From: Octopus bimaculoides
Lineage: Eukaryota
Reading direction: 5' to 3'
Length of the DNA: 64,000 bases
Assembly (NCBI RefSeq): GCF_001194135.2
Contig: NC_068993.1
Span: 36,575,203 to 36,639,202 of the forward strand
Positions 12,526 to 26,049 of the stretch are shown piece by piece. The notes below the pieces were generated by a model. That model was given only the letters and a program-made list of their open reading frames with translations, was not told the DNA's origin and ran no database searches. How positions within the stretch are numbered: position 1 is the first letter of the stretch; each line of letters opens with the position of its first letter. Made by a program: the position numbers and the translations under genes.

Positions 12526-12592
12526 CTGCCAAGACTAAAATATACCCACATCTACTCTGTATGTTAGTGAAGATAAAAACAGAATAACTTAC

Positions 12593-13654
12593 CTGCTTGA
12601 TTCTGATTTGGCCATATTGCCTCTTTTCCTGCACACGGACCAGGTTTGGACATATCAGTGTATACAGCCTCATTCATTGCAACACAGTTATAAGGTTTGG
12701 CATCAACAAAGCTTTGATCAGTGCTTAATCTACCACGAGTTGTGTCTTGGGCGGGTCCTTCCATTGGTACATAGAGGTCATCTGGGTTGTCTGGACTCAC
12801 AGAATTTGAACCTAATGCAGGAGCATTTACGTAGCCATGTGAAGGCTGGTTGTCTCGAGAACCACATGGAGGGGGCGGGCATAAGTTCAAATTAAGATTT
12901 TCTCCATCGAGACTCGAGGTCTTGAGAGAATAGCTTTTGCTGTGACCACGAGGAGCAGGTCTTGGGGGTTGACCACGAAGATTTACAGACGAAGAACCGT
13001 AAGATGTGTTGTAATAACATTTGCTGTTATACGGTATATTCTGATAAGCTTCTGAATTGGACATGTGCCTTTGTGGCCGTGCTGGCACCTTAGGGTCTAG
13101 GCTCGATGTTCTTAAGGGAGGGGTGTCATAGCACACACTCGGGTCTGACTTTCTCGGGGGGACATCATAAAAAACATCCTTCATATCTGAAGAAGATCTT
13201 TCAGAGGAAAATCTCTCCCGGGAAAATCCATTACGAGTAGCGAGAGGCACATCATACATCATTGAAGCCTCCCCATTGCTCCATGTCATGTTTCGACTTG
13301 GAGGGGTTTTGTAGATACCATCATCTTCCACAAAAGAATCACATGACCGTGGATGATCATAGTGCGCATCAGTGCTAGATTCCCCTGACATGTAGTTATT
13401 GTGTTTTGCTGGAGGTGGTGGGGGGGCCAGTTCATCGGGTATACTATCCACACTGGAACGGTGCCGCTCACTTGATGTCTTTGATGTCTGTCCTGAGTGA
13501 CATTGTGATATAAAAAGATAAGGGGAGTCCTGGTTGTTAGATGGTAAATTTGGTCCGGCTTGATACCTAGGTTGAGATGTTAATGGGTTTGATGTCTGTG
13601 ATCGATGTGAGTCTACACGCATAGGTGGCTGTGGTGGACCGGGAATATCAGTGG
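12593..13654 (-). CDS. Gab: Large internal exon (1062 bp, 354 codons, phase 1-1) of a Gab/Daughter-of-sevenless-like GRB2-associated docking protein; partial gene
   Basis: Stop-free 386-aa ORF in stop-rich DNA. Acceptor ttcttgttctgctttcag|CC at 13655/13654 and donor CAG|gtaagt at 12593/12592. Encodes PYLFISQCHSG (resembles the post-PH YIPISECxSG motif of invertebrate Gab/DOS), 5x YxxP (YDHP, YKTP, YDVP x2, YDTP), YxN (YQN, YYN, YVN), 2x YxxM (YVPM, YTDM) and Pro-Arg motifs (PKVPARP, PPRPAPR). Family call is from motif recall, not a database search. Confidence 0.75.
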
Positions 13655-14178
13655 CTGAAAGCAGAACAAGAATAGGAATATAATTATTAGCAGAAGAAAT
13701 GAAGAGAAAATTCAAAGGAATCAAAAAAGAAAGGAAAGAAAGACAAAAAACAGTTGAAGAGAGAAAGAAAGAAAATTACAAGAAGTTGTTAAAACAATTT
13801 TAAAACCCAAGAGAAAAGCTAGATAAATATAAAAATTATTTAAATATATGAGCATTGGTCAAAAAATGCACCAACACCACTGCCCACAATACTGATAGTG
13901 GTGAATTCAAATTCCTTGAATAAACCAAGAGTAAATGACAAGAAATCAACGTTGTGTATCCTTCATTGATAATATCTTATAAACAGCATGACCTCCCAAT
14001 TCTTCTCAGCAGTGCTGTCCTAAGTTATGAGGGCCTACTGGTCAGTTGCCGAGTATTCCCATTAGTTTAAGGTCTCATGTTATGCTTGTGTATTTAAGGA
14101 ACAGTGCATTGCCTAGCCTGGGGATTGATAATGCTGTTGAGATGGTCCTACCTCTCACATGTTAAATCTTCCATTTTT

Positions 14179-14330
14179 TTAAACCTTTTGTTACCACATT
14201 TCTGTTGAAATACAACTTGTCTTTATTTCAATTAATTTTGAAAATAATGAAGAATTTAGTGAAGTAACTTTGTCTGGAACATAAATTAACATAGAACTTT
14301 CAAGGGAGGTTTTAATTTGGATCACTTTAC
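14179..14330. mobile_element. piggyBac-like MITE family B, partial
   Basis: ccttttgttaccacatttctgttgaaatac matches the full copy at 49247-49452. Confidence 0.7.
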
Positions 14331-16067
14331 GTCAAAAAGTTTTATCATAGCACAAAAGGCAGTCTTAGGCAGGTAAGTAACAGAATGGTTAATGGTTTAA
14401 AACCTTGGATAACTACTGCTACTATAGTGATAGCAGCAGTAATAGCAGAGGCAACAATAGTGAACCATTCACGTGAAAAAATAGTTAAAAGCAAATTAAA
14501 GAATTCGAGAATCTTGTAAATAGGAAATAACAAGAAAATTGCAGCAAAGCTGTGTGAGATGTGACATGCGCATTGTGTTTTTATTTTTCTCTTCTGTTTT
14601 ATGAATCCAGTGTACACATGTGCATTGTGCTCATACTTTCCGGTTCCTACTCAAACCTGTTTACAAGTCTCAACCATCTCATGATCTTGCAGTTGTGAGA
14701 AGTGCTTTGCGCTCCACCGGTTGCGAAAAGAAGAGAAAGACAAATGGTGCAACCCATTCACCAACAAATAACTAAAAAACATAAGAGAGATGAGTAGGCC
14801 ATATGCTAAGAAAACAAGAGAGATATTTGATAAAACAAACTTTGGATTGGAACAGTGTAGGAAAAGGACACAGAATGCATAATGTTTCCATGGCAAAGAG
14901 TAGCTGAAAATGACAGAGGTGATATGGAAATAAATAGAAAAGAAAGCATAGAGTAGAATGTGTCAGAAGACAGTTGCAGAGAGTTCATATTCCTCTAAAA
15001 ATCCAAAAAGACTAACATAATGTATGTATGATGTATATATATATATATACAGTAATCCCTCAACTATCATGATAGGTGAAAATCCTCGAAGTAGAAACAG
15101 TACTGTACAGTATATTTTTATTTATTATTTTTATAATTTGTATATATTTATTTTATTATAAATGCAAAATAACACCACAGGAATTGATGTAAGCTTAAAT
15201 ACTAAACCACGATATGGCAAGGGATTACTGTATGTATGTATATATATATATATATATNNNNNNNNNNNNNNNNNNNNNNNNNNNNNNNNNNNNNNNNNNN
15301 NNNNNNNNNNNNNNNNNNNNNNNNNNNNNNNNNNNNNNNNNNNNNNNNNNNNNNNNNATTAATTTTATTACTAATTGACGATTCCCTGCCCTGCATATCT
15401 ATATACAGATATATATATATATACAGATATATATATATATACAGATATTATATATATATATATATATATATTTTATATATATATATATAGCTGCATATAT
15501 GAATATATAAACATGCAAATATGGATATATATATACATACATATATAAATATACATACATACATAAACATAGATATATACATGATGAATATATACACTCA
15601 CATGATTATATACATATTTGAGAACACATTTACAGGCGCGTGCGCGCATGTAAATGTATGTATAGTATAGTGTAACAAAAGAAAATAAATGGAATTTAAG
15701 AATCAAAACAACAAAAAGGGTATGTGTTGAACATAGACTGAGAGCAAAAGAGATAGACAGACAGACAGACAAGGCAGTCAAAATAAGGACTCACATAACA
15801 GAGGTGAATTGCTTGGTAATGTTTGGAGATTGCAGCCGAAAATGTTGGAAGCAATCAAAGTTATATCTTAAGTAGTACATTCCACCAATTACTAGCATCA
15901 ATATCATCTCCCCGTCACTTGGTGACTAATATGAAGACTATAAGACTTGTGTCATTAGACACTAGCGTTTCTGTTTTGTTTCTTTCAGTTGTATTTAGAA
16001 ACGGTATTTTTTTTTTTGGTTTGTTTATTTTTATCTCAATTGAATTAGTTTTATTTATATTTTATCA

Positions 16068-16098
<31 letters not shown>

Positions 16099-17051
16099 CA
16101 TCATTATCATTATTATTACTTAATGCTGTCTCCAAGGATTTCACTCCTCAAATTCTTAAGAAAAGGTGGGGGTGGGAAATAACAGCCAATAAGAACTGAA
16201 GATAGAAAGAAAGTGACAGAGAATGGAAAGAAGGGAGAGAGAGAGAGAGAAAAGCAAAAAAAATTATGAGACAGAATAGGATGGAATAAGGAGGAGGGGG
16301 GAAGCCCCCCCCCTCCCCGTAAACTGTTGAATATTGGAGGCAAGGAAGAAATAAAAGATTAGTCTGAGAGAGAAACGCATTATTAACCAAAACCAAAATT
16401 AAGTAAATAACAAAATGAAATGAAAATTAAGAGAGTGTTTTAGATGAGTTGTGAAATAGTTGGTAAAGAAAGACTTCATTTACCGTTGGCATTAAGGACT
16501 GGCCCTGAGTTCCATAATAAGTTTGGTGTGTTTGGGATCAAATACAGATGTCTTTGACAAGATGATCTTCCCCAGTAGGTTAGAATAAACATAAAAATGA
16601 CCACCACTGGTGCCATGTGTACCAAAATTCCTAAACACACACCTTATACATTCTGACATTTTATTGGCTCACATAGAAATATACAATAAGCTTTTCATTT
16701 CAGAAGAATTCTACAGAAGAAGAGGATCTAAACTAAATATGAATAAAATGGTAGTTGTTGTTGTTTAACACCAGGATAGGCTGATTATGGAGATGTATGA
16801 TCAAAATACATTCCAGCTGTAACCATCCTGTTTTTTTATATTCCAAGAAATACATTATCCAGTGATTCTTTTAAGATGACAAAGTATGCATTGGGAAAAT
16901 TTTAGCTGTTATTTCTGGCAAGTCAAGCAATTACATAGAGGCTCTCACATCAGTTTATGACATATAGATTTTTAGTTCCAAGTCTATCTTGATCAGAAAG
17001 GTCTATGACTTAAACCATTACAGTGGCGACCATCATGCCTTATTAGGGAAG

Positions 17052-17310
17052 TGGAGGCATGTGGCTTAGTGGTTAGGGTGTTGGACTCATGATTGTAAGA
17101 TTGTGGTTTCATTTCTTGGACTGGGCGACGCGTTGTGTTCTTGAGCAAAACACTTCATTTCAAATTGCGCCAGTCCACTTAGCTGGCAAAAATGAGTAAT
17201 CCTGTGATTACAGCGTCCCATCCAGGTGGGGAACTTATATGCCATGAAAACCAGGAAACTGGCCCTGAAGAGTCAGCATGACTTGAGAAGGTAACTTTTT
17301 TTTACCTTTA
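17052..17310 (+). mobile_element. tRNA-derived SINE family 3 with a 14-bp target-site duplication
   Basis: Head gcatgtggcttagtggttaggg...; TSD ccttattagggaag at 17038-17051 and 17311-17324. Confidence 0.9.
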
Positions 17311-17789
17311 CCTTATTAGGGAAGACAACATTATCTCATGTATTCTTTTATTTAATAGGTATACTTGACTGCTATTTCTAGCAAGTCAAGCAACCACACA
17401 GACATTCCCTTGCTGACTCCACTGATAACATGTTTATACAAAAAAGTCCAGTCATTAACATATTTAAGCTTTAACTATAACAAAGAATGATGCTAACTTT
17501 CAGAGATGGGTACTGATATAGGTGTATGGTTAAGAAGTTCCATTCACAAATACATGGTTCCAGGTTCAATCTAATTGTGTGGCACCTTGAGCAAGTACCA
17601 TATTTGATAGGATATTATGACCTCCATACCTTGAGGGTACGCCCTGGCACTTGGCACCTTTTATCTCTCTCTTCCTTACACTACCATCCCATATATGCTC
17701 TGATCTCCATTCCTTGTGAGTATACCTTGGCACTTTGCCACCATCTCTCTCCTACTCTCTCTTACACTCTTGCAGTCTCCCACTCTTTC

Positions 17790-18345
17790 TCTCTTTCCCT
17801 TGCTCTTCCCTCTGGTTGAGTAACTGTGTATTTCCTATACAGCAGAACACCTGTTTCTGAACTCACTCTTGTTAACTCTCTCTCTCTCTCTGGCCGAGTA
17901 ACCATGTACCCCCTCTACAGCAAGACACCTGTTTCTGTCTTTCTGCTGCTCTCTAACCTTTCATCATCTGACACAAGATCATCTCTTCCAATGCCCCCCC
18001 CCCTCCCACCTCTCAAAGGATCTTTGTCTTGCAAGTTACTTGGTGACCCTGCCAGTGCTGACGCCATGTAAAAAGCATCCAGTTCACACTGTAAATTGGT
18101 TGACATTTGGAGGGGCAACCAGCTGTAAAAAACATGCCAAAACTGACCTTGTCTGTGCTGGTGCCACGTAAAAAGCACTCAGTCCACTCTGTAGGGTGGT
18201 TGGTGTTAGGAAGGGCATCCAGTCATAAAATCCATGCCAAAACAGACACAGAAGTCTGGTGCAGTCTTCTACCTGGCCAGTGCCTGTCAAACCATCTGAC
18301 CCATACTAGCATGCAAGGCAGACATTAAACGATGATGATGATGAA
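17790..18345 (+). mobile_element. RTE-type 3' UTR / tail element with duplicated internal modules
   Basis: Two gtaaaaagca(t/c)...aggaagggcatcc-like modules; ends in a (gat)n tail. Confidence 0.7.
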
Positions 18346-18433
18346 AAGATGCATAGGTATATTAGATGCACAGGTATATTAGATGCACCTCAATTTCGGA
18401 AGCAAATAGTCAGAAAATAAGTTTTATAATGCA

Positions 18434-18640
18434 TTAACCTTTTGGATATCAACCCATCTGAGACTGCCCCTGGTTCTGTGATGCAAATTCCCTGTTTTAA
18501 AGTAACCTAGAATAAAACCTTCCATCGAAATTTTTTGTGAATTTATGCTCCAAACACCAGGTTAAAAAAAAAGGCAAGTTATTTGATAATATTGTTTATT
18601 TTCAAAACTATATTTCAGCAGAAATATAGTAACAAAATTT
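18434..18640. mobile_element. MITE family B (reverse orientation), right end decayed
   Basis: ttaaccttttggatatcaaccc...cagaaatatagtaacaaaa. Confidence 0.7.
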
Positions 18641-20463
18641 ATAGGAGTAAAAAGTGCATCTTATATGTCATTAGATATGGAGTTTACCATCTTCTGTTAT
18701 CTTTTACTTGTTTCAATCATCTGACTGTGACCATGCCGGGGCACTGCCTTGAAGGGTTTTAGTCATGTGGTTGGGAAGCAAGCTTTTTACCACATATCCA
18801 TGCCTACACCTATATATATATCTATATATATAGGCATAGGCCTGGTTGTGTGGTTAAGAAGTTTGCTTGACAACCACATGGTTTCAAGTTCAGGGCCACT
18901 GCACAACACCTTGAGCAAGTGTCTTCTACTATAGCTTCAACCCAACCAAAAACATGTAAGTGGATTTGATAGGTAGAAACTGAAATAAACCTACTGTGTG
19001 TGTGTGTACACAAATGTACATAAGATTCACAAGTGTAAGTGTATACATAATTTATACTTTAAAAATCATGACCATTTATGTTGAGCTAACCTTTCTTTCT
19101 ATTCCGGTGTTGCGCCAAGTTAAAAAATAAAGAATTCCTGTGTGGTTCAGGAGTATTTTAGATTCTGCTGGTGGGCTAAGAGAGGAAACTAAATTGTTCA
19201 GATTATCTAATTGGATAAGACATTATTTCAACAGTCAAATTGATTCATGCACTCAGTGTAATCAGCAGTATGGTTACCTGGCAAGCAACAGGTGTGTGGT
19301 TCAATTCCTGTGGTGGGATCTGTTCTTTCTTTTTAAGTCTAGGCCACACTTATAGATGTTATATGTGTATACTTGCAAAGAATAAGCATTGGCAAGAAAT
19401 TACTGACATATTGGTGTGCCAAACAAAACAATATCTTGTGGTATTTACTGTGCTTCAATTCAACAGACACTCCCTTGTCATTGCTGCAGTAAAGCAGTGA
19501 TTGGTCCATTAGAAATTCATAAGCAATATTGATTGGTCTAATAATAAAAAAAGACCCATAACCAGTGATTGGCTCTTTAAAAAAGTGTTACCAAACAGTG
19601 GTATTGTTCACAAATCCTTAATACAAAATGGAAATTATAATAAAAGTTATTGGGGGCAATGAAAATCAGTCGAGCAACAGACAGAAAGAGGCACAAGGAT
19701 GTGAAGACACATACAGAGGCACATATAATACTCTAAGAACCAAAACATTGAAAGAATGAAAGTTTAGAGAGTCATGTCTACCAGATAGAAATATGTTCCG
19801 CACATATTCTTATTAAGTGGCACTACTTAGTAATTAATTATGGAAACCTAGCTACAACATCAGTGTTGTTATCTTTAACAGACAAACAAGGCAATATTGT
19901 GTTGGAGAGAGAGAGAGAGTGATATACATATATATATATATATATCTAGAGAGAGGGTGCGGNNNNNNNNNNNNNNNNNNNNNNNNNNNNNNNNNNNNNN
20001 NNNNNNNNNNNNNNNNNNNNNNNNNNNNNNNNNNNNNNNNNNNNNNNNNNNNNNNNNNNNNNNNNNNNNNGGAGATGGAGGGGGAGAGGGGGGATGGGAG
20101 ATGGAGGGGGGAGGGAGAAAGAGAGAACAAGGGAAAAGTGGGGAGAGACAGACAGACAGAAAGAATATGGAAGGACAGAAACAGATGGGAGTATACAGAG
20201 AACATTATACAGGGGGAAGAGAGAGAGAGAGAGAGAGAGATGTAAAGAGAGACAGAGAGAAAAAGAGACATAAAACAAGGCAGAGAGAGCTTACATTTTG
20301 AAACTTTTATTAGTGTTGATTTCAGTTCATCTGTTTATCTATGTCTTGTTCCTCTGTTCTCAGTCTTCATATGAACAGGATTCATGTCTTCAGTTGCACA
20401 AAGAAGCATTTAGACACAAATGTGTATGTCTGCATATGTATACATATACAGACACACACACAC

Positions 20464-20520
<57 letters not shown>

Positions 20521-20532
20521 ACACACACACAC

Positions 20533-20563
<31 letters not shown>

Positions 20564-20967
20564 TAGGAAGTTTACATTTATGCATGCATGTATATGTGCA
20601 TGTGCTACTGCAGATACTGCATCTTCTCTCCTTGGCCAAAGACTTATCTAACTCAATGACCTAATCAAAGATTTGTAGCTGTAATTTGGTAGGCAGAAAC
20701 TGAGAGCCCATCAGTAGGACCATTACTGTTCTTTGGTGACAGATTCAATCCATTGCCTGATTTACAGCATAACCTAGCATATGGGTACCTTTGGCAGGGG
20801 CCACCCTATTGCAAACATTAAGGTAAGATCCTATCGGTTAATCTATCAATTAAACTAGGTTGATTTTTAGAATTACAGGTTTAAAAAGTGGTACGTTAAT
20901 GATTTTTAAAAAATGGAAACTTTACAAGATCTCAAATTTACAGGACTGTAGGAAGAGTTTCTTTTAT

Positions 20968-21351
20968 TTTTTTACTTGTTTCAGTCATTTGACTGTGATC
21001 ATGCTGGAGCACCACCTTAATGGGTTTTAGTTGAACAAATCGATCCAGGACTTATTTTTTAAGCCTAGAGCTTATGTGTCAGTCTCTTTTAGCAGTCTCA
21101 AACTGCTAAGTTATGGGGATGTAAACACATCAACACAGGTTGTTAAGCAGTGATGGAGGGACAAACACACATACATATATATATATATATCATAGGCTTC
21201 TTTCAGTTTCCATCGACTAAATTCACTCACAAGGCTTTGGTTGGTCTGAAGCTATAGTAGAAGACACTTGCCCAAGGTGCCATGCAGTGGGACTGAACCC
21301 AGAACCATGTGGTTGGGAAGCTAGCTTACCACACAGCCACACCTGCACCTA
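20968..21351 (-). mobile_element. SINE family 1 copy, full length
   Basis: Matches 694-1084. Confidence 0.85.
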
Positions 21352-23700
21352 TGATTGTATAACATTCAAGCCCTTCTTAAAAGGTTTTAACAATATAAAC
21401 ACAGCTAAGATGGTGACAAGCAGAAATTGAAATCAATTTACAGGCAAACAAGCAAGAGAGTGACTTGGTGGTTGCTTGACTAGCTGAAAATAACAAATAA
21501 ATGCCCCTCACATCACATTCTAGAGTCTTAGAAAAATAAAGATTCAGTAAATAATATAATCCTAGATACACTATATCTCTGGGGGGGAAAAAGTGGGATG
21601 GTCACAGTTGGAACAACTTTAATCATAGGCCTTCTTAACCAAGGCTGCCTGGAAGACTAACGACAATTAAATTAGAGGCAATTCTTGGCTACATCTTTAC
21701 ATCATCTCCATACCACAATAATGGCCCAATGATAAAAGATCACTAATAATAATTTAGAAAGAAATCTCAGGAATACTGAACACTGCCTTTAAAACAACAT
21801 GGAATATACTAGGTATCAGCTTTTAGGGTTCCTTGGCTGAGATAATGGTTGGTTCTGTGGTTGAAATTTATGAAGAAGAAAAAACTAAACAAACAAAGTC
21901 ATATATGTAGATAATGAAACAGGCTGTTGTTGGAACTAAAATGGTTGGTTGCTGCAGACAAATAGGAACTGCAGTGAATGACTCAACTGTTTCAAAGACG
22001 ATATTGTACAATCTGAAATGCAAATAAACTATTCTATTTAAGAAGGAATATTTTTTTTTTATTGCAGAAAATGAAACCATATGGTATCAACTAAATAGAA
22101 CAAAATTTCACAGACTTTATCTGTTTCCCCAAAACTAGAAGGAATTACAAAAGACAATCAGAACATTGATAAGCACAAGAATCTTTAACAAATAATAATA
22201 ACAACAACAGCAATAATAAATGAAAAGTACCACAAGCTTTAACAAGGTTAAAGAATTTACTGCTAGCACACTTCCTTGATTTTTATCTCACTATTTAAAC
22301 TGTTGGTTCTTAGAAACACTTTAGCTTCCACAAAAAAATGCAGACTAACTGTGGCGTAATATTTTATGACATGGATATAATGTCACTAAGAATTAGTATT
22401 TTCTCATGACAGGTTTATGACTAGAGAGTAATTAAGTCCTTAATAGTGTGTGGGGGGAGGATAAGATAAAGAAAAAGTGTAGGTAGAAGCCATTGATCAG
22501 GTGGATTAAATAAATAAACTCACTGGCTTCAAGTTCAAATCTGCAGCAAGCATTTTTTGCTTGTTTCTAGACAACGCTTTATTCCACATTGCTCCAGTCT
22601 ACCTGGCCATAGCAGAAATGGGAATAAGTCCCAGATCATTGATGAACATTACATACAAAAGCCTAATCCAAGATTTCATTCAATACCATGAAACCAAAGC
22701 CGTTATAAGCTTCTCGGAGACAAGAAGACTTTTATTACATTATAAGCACTTCATGAGCCATGACTTCACTGCTCAGAAAGAATTGACTCAAACTATTTAT
22801 TGAAATACTTATGTATTTAAGAAGTGCATTATTGTCACACTTCCCATTTCCTCATTAAAAAAAATCTTCAAATATGATGCCTAAATAAAGAAACAAGTAT
22901 TTTTTCAAGGGTCACCAATAGCCCTTATTTAATAATTAGGTTCTAATTCATGATTGAATCAGTGCCCCTTCATTTATGCCATTGATTAATTGATGGTATG
23001 TAATTAATAGTATGCTGACTGCTTATTGAAATACAATTTATCAAAATAATCAACCAAAGAAATGATTCCTCAAAATAACAGCTGTGGTAATCAACTATCA
23101 AATTATAGCAAATATCAAAATAATTTCTTAAAAAGTTTATATAGTCATGTATCATTAAAATATTTTTAAAAATATACGTGTTTGCTTCCCAACCATATGG
23201 TTCCAGGTTCAATCCCATTGCATGGCACCTTGGGCAAGTGCCTTCTATTATAGCTCTGGACTGACCACAGCCTTGTGAGTGGATTTGGTAGGCAGAAACT
23301 ATAAGAAGCCTGTTGTATGTGTGTGTGTGTGTGTGTGTGTGTNNNNNNNNNNNNNNNNNNNNNNNNNNNNNNNNNNNNNNNNNNNNNNNNNNNNNNNNNN
23401 NNNNNNNNNNNNNNNNNNNNNNNNNNNNNNNNNNNNNNNNNNNNNNNNNNNNNNNNNNNNNNNNNNNNNNNNNNNNNNNNNNNNNNNNNNNNNNNNNNNN
23501 NNNNNNNNNNNNNNNNNNNNNNNNNNNNNNNNNNNNNNNNNNNNNNNNNNNNNNNNNNNNNNNNNNNNNNNNNNNNNNNNNNNNNNNNNNNNNNNNNNNN
23601 NNNNNNNNNNNNNNNNNNNNNNNNNNNNNNNNNNNNNNNNNNNNNNNNNNNNNNNNNNNNNNNNNNNNNNNNNNNNNNNNNNNNNNNNNNNNNNNNNNNN

Positions 23701-23734
<34 letters not shown>

Positions 23735-24829
23735 CACAGTATGTGTGTATAATGACTAATGCATACATTTCCACAATTCTCAACCAATTTTCATCAAACT
23801 TTACACTCACATTACTTATGTTCCAAGGATGGTCATGCACTATAACATTTTGCCCAGAGCTCCCATGTAAATGGCTGTAAATGGACATAATTTTTCTATG
23901 TAGGGTCTTCCATACTTCTTTAATTCTTTTATAAAAGTGAAAGGGTTTTGTCTATTTATTTATTTCCACTGTCCACCAGCAACGGTGATTAAACTGACTA
24001 GGAACACTGTACGCGATGAATATCCAATACCAAACAATCTTAATCTCCATATTTAAACTGCATTAAATTTTGGCAAGATTACCTTTACTTATTCTTTAGT
24101 TACTTGAACGGTGATGTTCCCTTCCCTCTATTCTATTTGTTGATACCTTGTTTACCTACCAATGCGTTGTTTCACTTAAAGGATTCTTATTTACCGATCC
24201 ATTATGATATTTCGACTGTTGTCCAGTGTTTCAAATGTGCTTTAGCATTGTCGTTCAAGCCTTTTATTAAACAATCACATATTCGTCCCAAAGAATCAAC
24301 CTTTTAATAAGAGTTTTGCTTCCACTACCGAAAGCTATACACATCTTTCAGAAAGTTCCATACCAATTTAACTTTATGCAGCATTCACTGATAGTTTATG
24401 CAAAGGCTATGTGGGAAAACTGAATAAAGGTGCTTTTGTTTGCTTATCTCTCTGAAAAAATAGCTCCCACTGCTGTTGAAAAAAAAATGAACTTGCAGAG
24501 GGGAAGTTTCAATGTCTTCCTTCAAATTTCCTTACAACATTTATGTGGCTGTTCTGACAAAAAATTTCGTTTTCATGTAAAACAACTATATTTTGTAGTC
24601 ATTATCTGTAATCTACACCCAAAACATTTCAGCAGCTCTATTTTGCATCACTTGCAAACTTATATGTTCTATGATCATTAAAGTGCAGCCTTCAATTTGA
24701 TTTTCCGTTCCTAGGTTAATCAGAAACATAGATTGCTGTGCTACTCATAAACCTTCTCGGTAGTTCAATTATTTGGTGAAAAAATACCACTTAAACCGTC
24801 CAAAGGCTGGATGCATTTGCTAGTGTGTG

Positions 24830-24864
<35 letters not shown>

Positions 24865-25092
24865 NNNNNNNNNNNNNNNNNNNNNNNNNNNNNNNNNNNN
24901 NNNNNNNNNNNNNNNNNNNNNNNNNNNNNNNNNNNNNNNNNNNNNNNNNNNNNNNNNNNNNNNNNNNNNNNNNNNNNNNNNNNNNNNNNNNNNNNNNNNN
25001 NNNNNNNNNNNNNNNNNNNNNNNNNNNNNNNNNNNNNNNNNNNNNNNNNNNNCATGACAGACTCAGGAGAGCAAATAATAACCTTTGTCTCC

Positions 25093-25378
25093 ATTGAAAT
25101 ACAATTTATCAAAATAATCAACCAAAGAAATGATTCCTCAAAATAACAGCTGTGGTAATCAACTATCAAATTATAGCAAATATCAAAATAATTTCTTAAA
25201 AAGTTTATATAGTCATGTATCATTAAAATATTTTAAAAAATATACGTGTTTGCTTCCCAACCATATGGTTCCAGGTTCAATCCCATTGCATGGCACCTTG
25301 ATATAAAAAGAAGGGTGGGAGGAGAGTATGTGGTGGTGGTGGTAGAAGGGAAGGGTTGTTGCATCTAGCCAACATTAT
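25093..25378 (+). repeat. Composite local duplication: copy of 23025-23232 fused to a copy of 29373-29450
   Basis: 208 bp with 1 mismatch and 78 bp with 1 mismatch, compared base by base. Confidence 0.9.
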
Positions 25379-25795
25379 AGACAGACATTATAGACAGACA
25401 TAATAGCAAATATGTTCAGTCATACTTTACATAATACAGATAGGGTGGGGAAAATAAAAGAGATATATAGGGTGAGTTAACATGAAATGTACAGACAGCA
25501 TGTACATACTAGGCTTGGTGACAGGCAATAAGTAAAGGAACTACAGAGACACAGAGTGAGAGAGAAAGAATCATCAAGAGGGAGAGGGAATAAATTACAG
25601 AGTAAATATTTTACATTTGAAAATTAGTATCCATTTCATCATTTAGTACAAACATCAAGAAGTTTGATAACCATTTAATTATAATTATTGTATGTATGTC
25701 ATATTATCTGATATTACTCATGGTAGCAAAAGTATATTTCCAAAGTTAATCATCATATGACAGGTAACACTAGTGTGTGTGTGCACGAGTATGTG

Positions 25796-25901
<106 letters not shown>

Positions 25902-26049
25902 GGCATGTGGCCTGGTGGTTAAGGTGTAGCAAGATGGTACTATTCAAAATTTACAACAATGCAAAGAAGTGCATTTAGATCAGCAGTGTGTGGTAATATC
26001 CAGTGATTTGGGAGATACAGAGATATAAGAAGAAACAAAAGTAGAGAAA

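Noticed and set aside
13655-13724. N-terminal part of the 386-aa ORF (MIPLNFLFISS...)
   Set aside because: It is the polypyrimidine tract upstream of the acceptor at 13655, so it is intronic; the same applies to KLFCFYLH after 12592.
14651-14896. Exon candidate RNRWSAKHFSQLQDHEMVETCKQ|gtttga
   Set aside because: It ends in phase 0, while the docking exon needs phase 1; other frames contain stops.
16484-16590. Good minus-strand donor (ACG|gtaaat) with an open phase-1 frame (…HLYLIPNTPNLLWNSGPVLNAN)
   Set aside because: No convincing acceptor and no recognisable protein motif.
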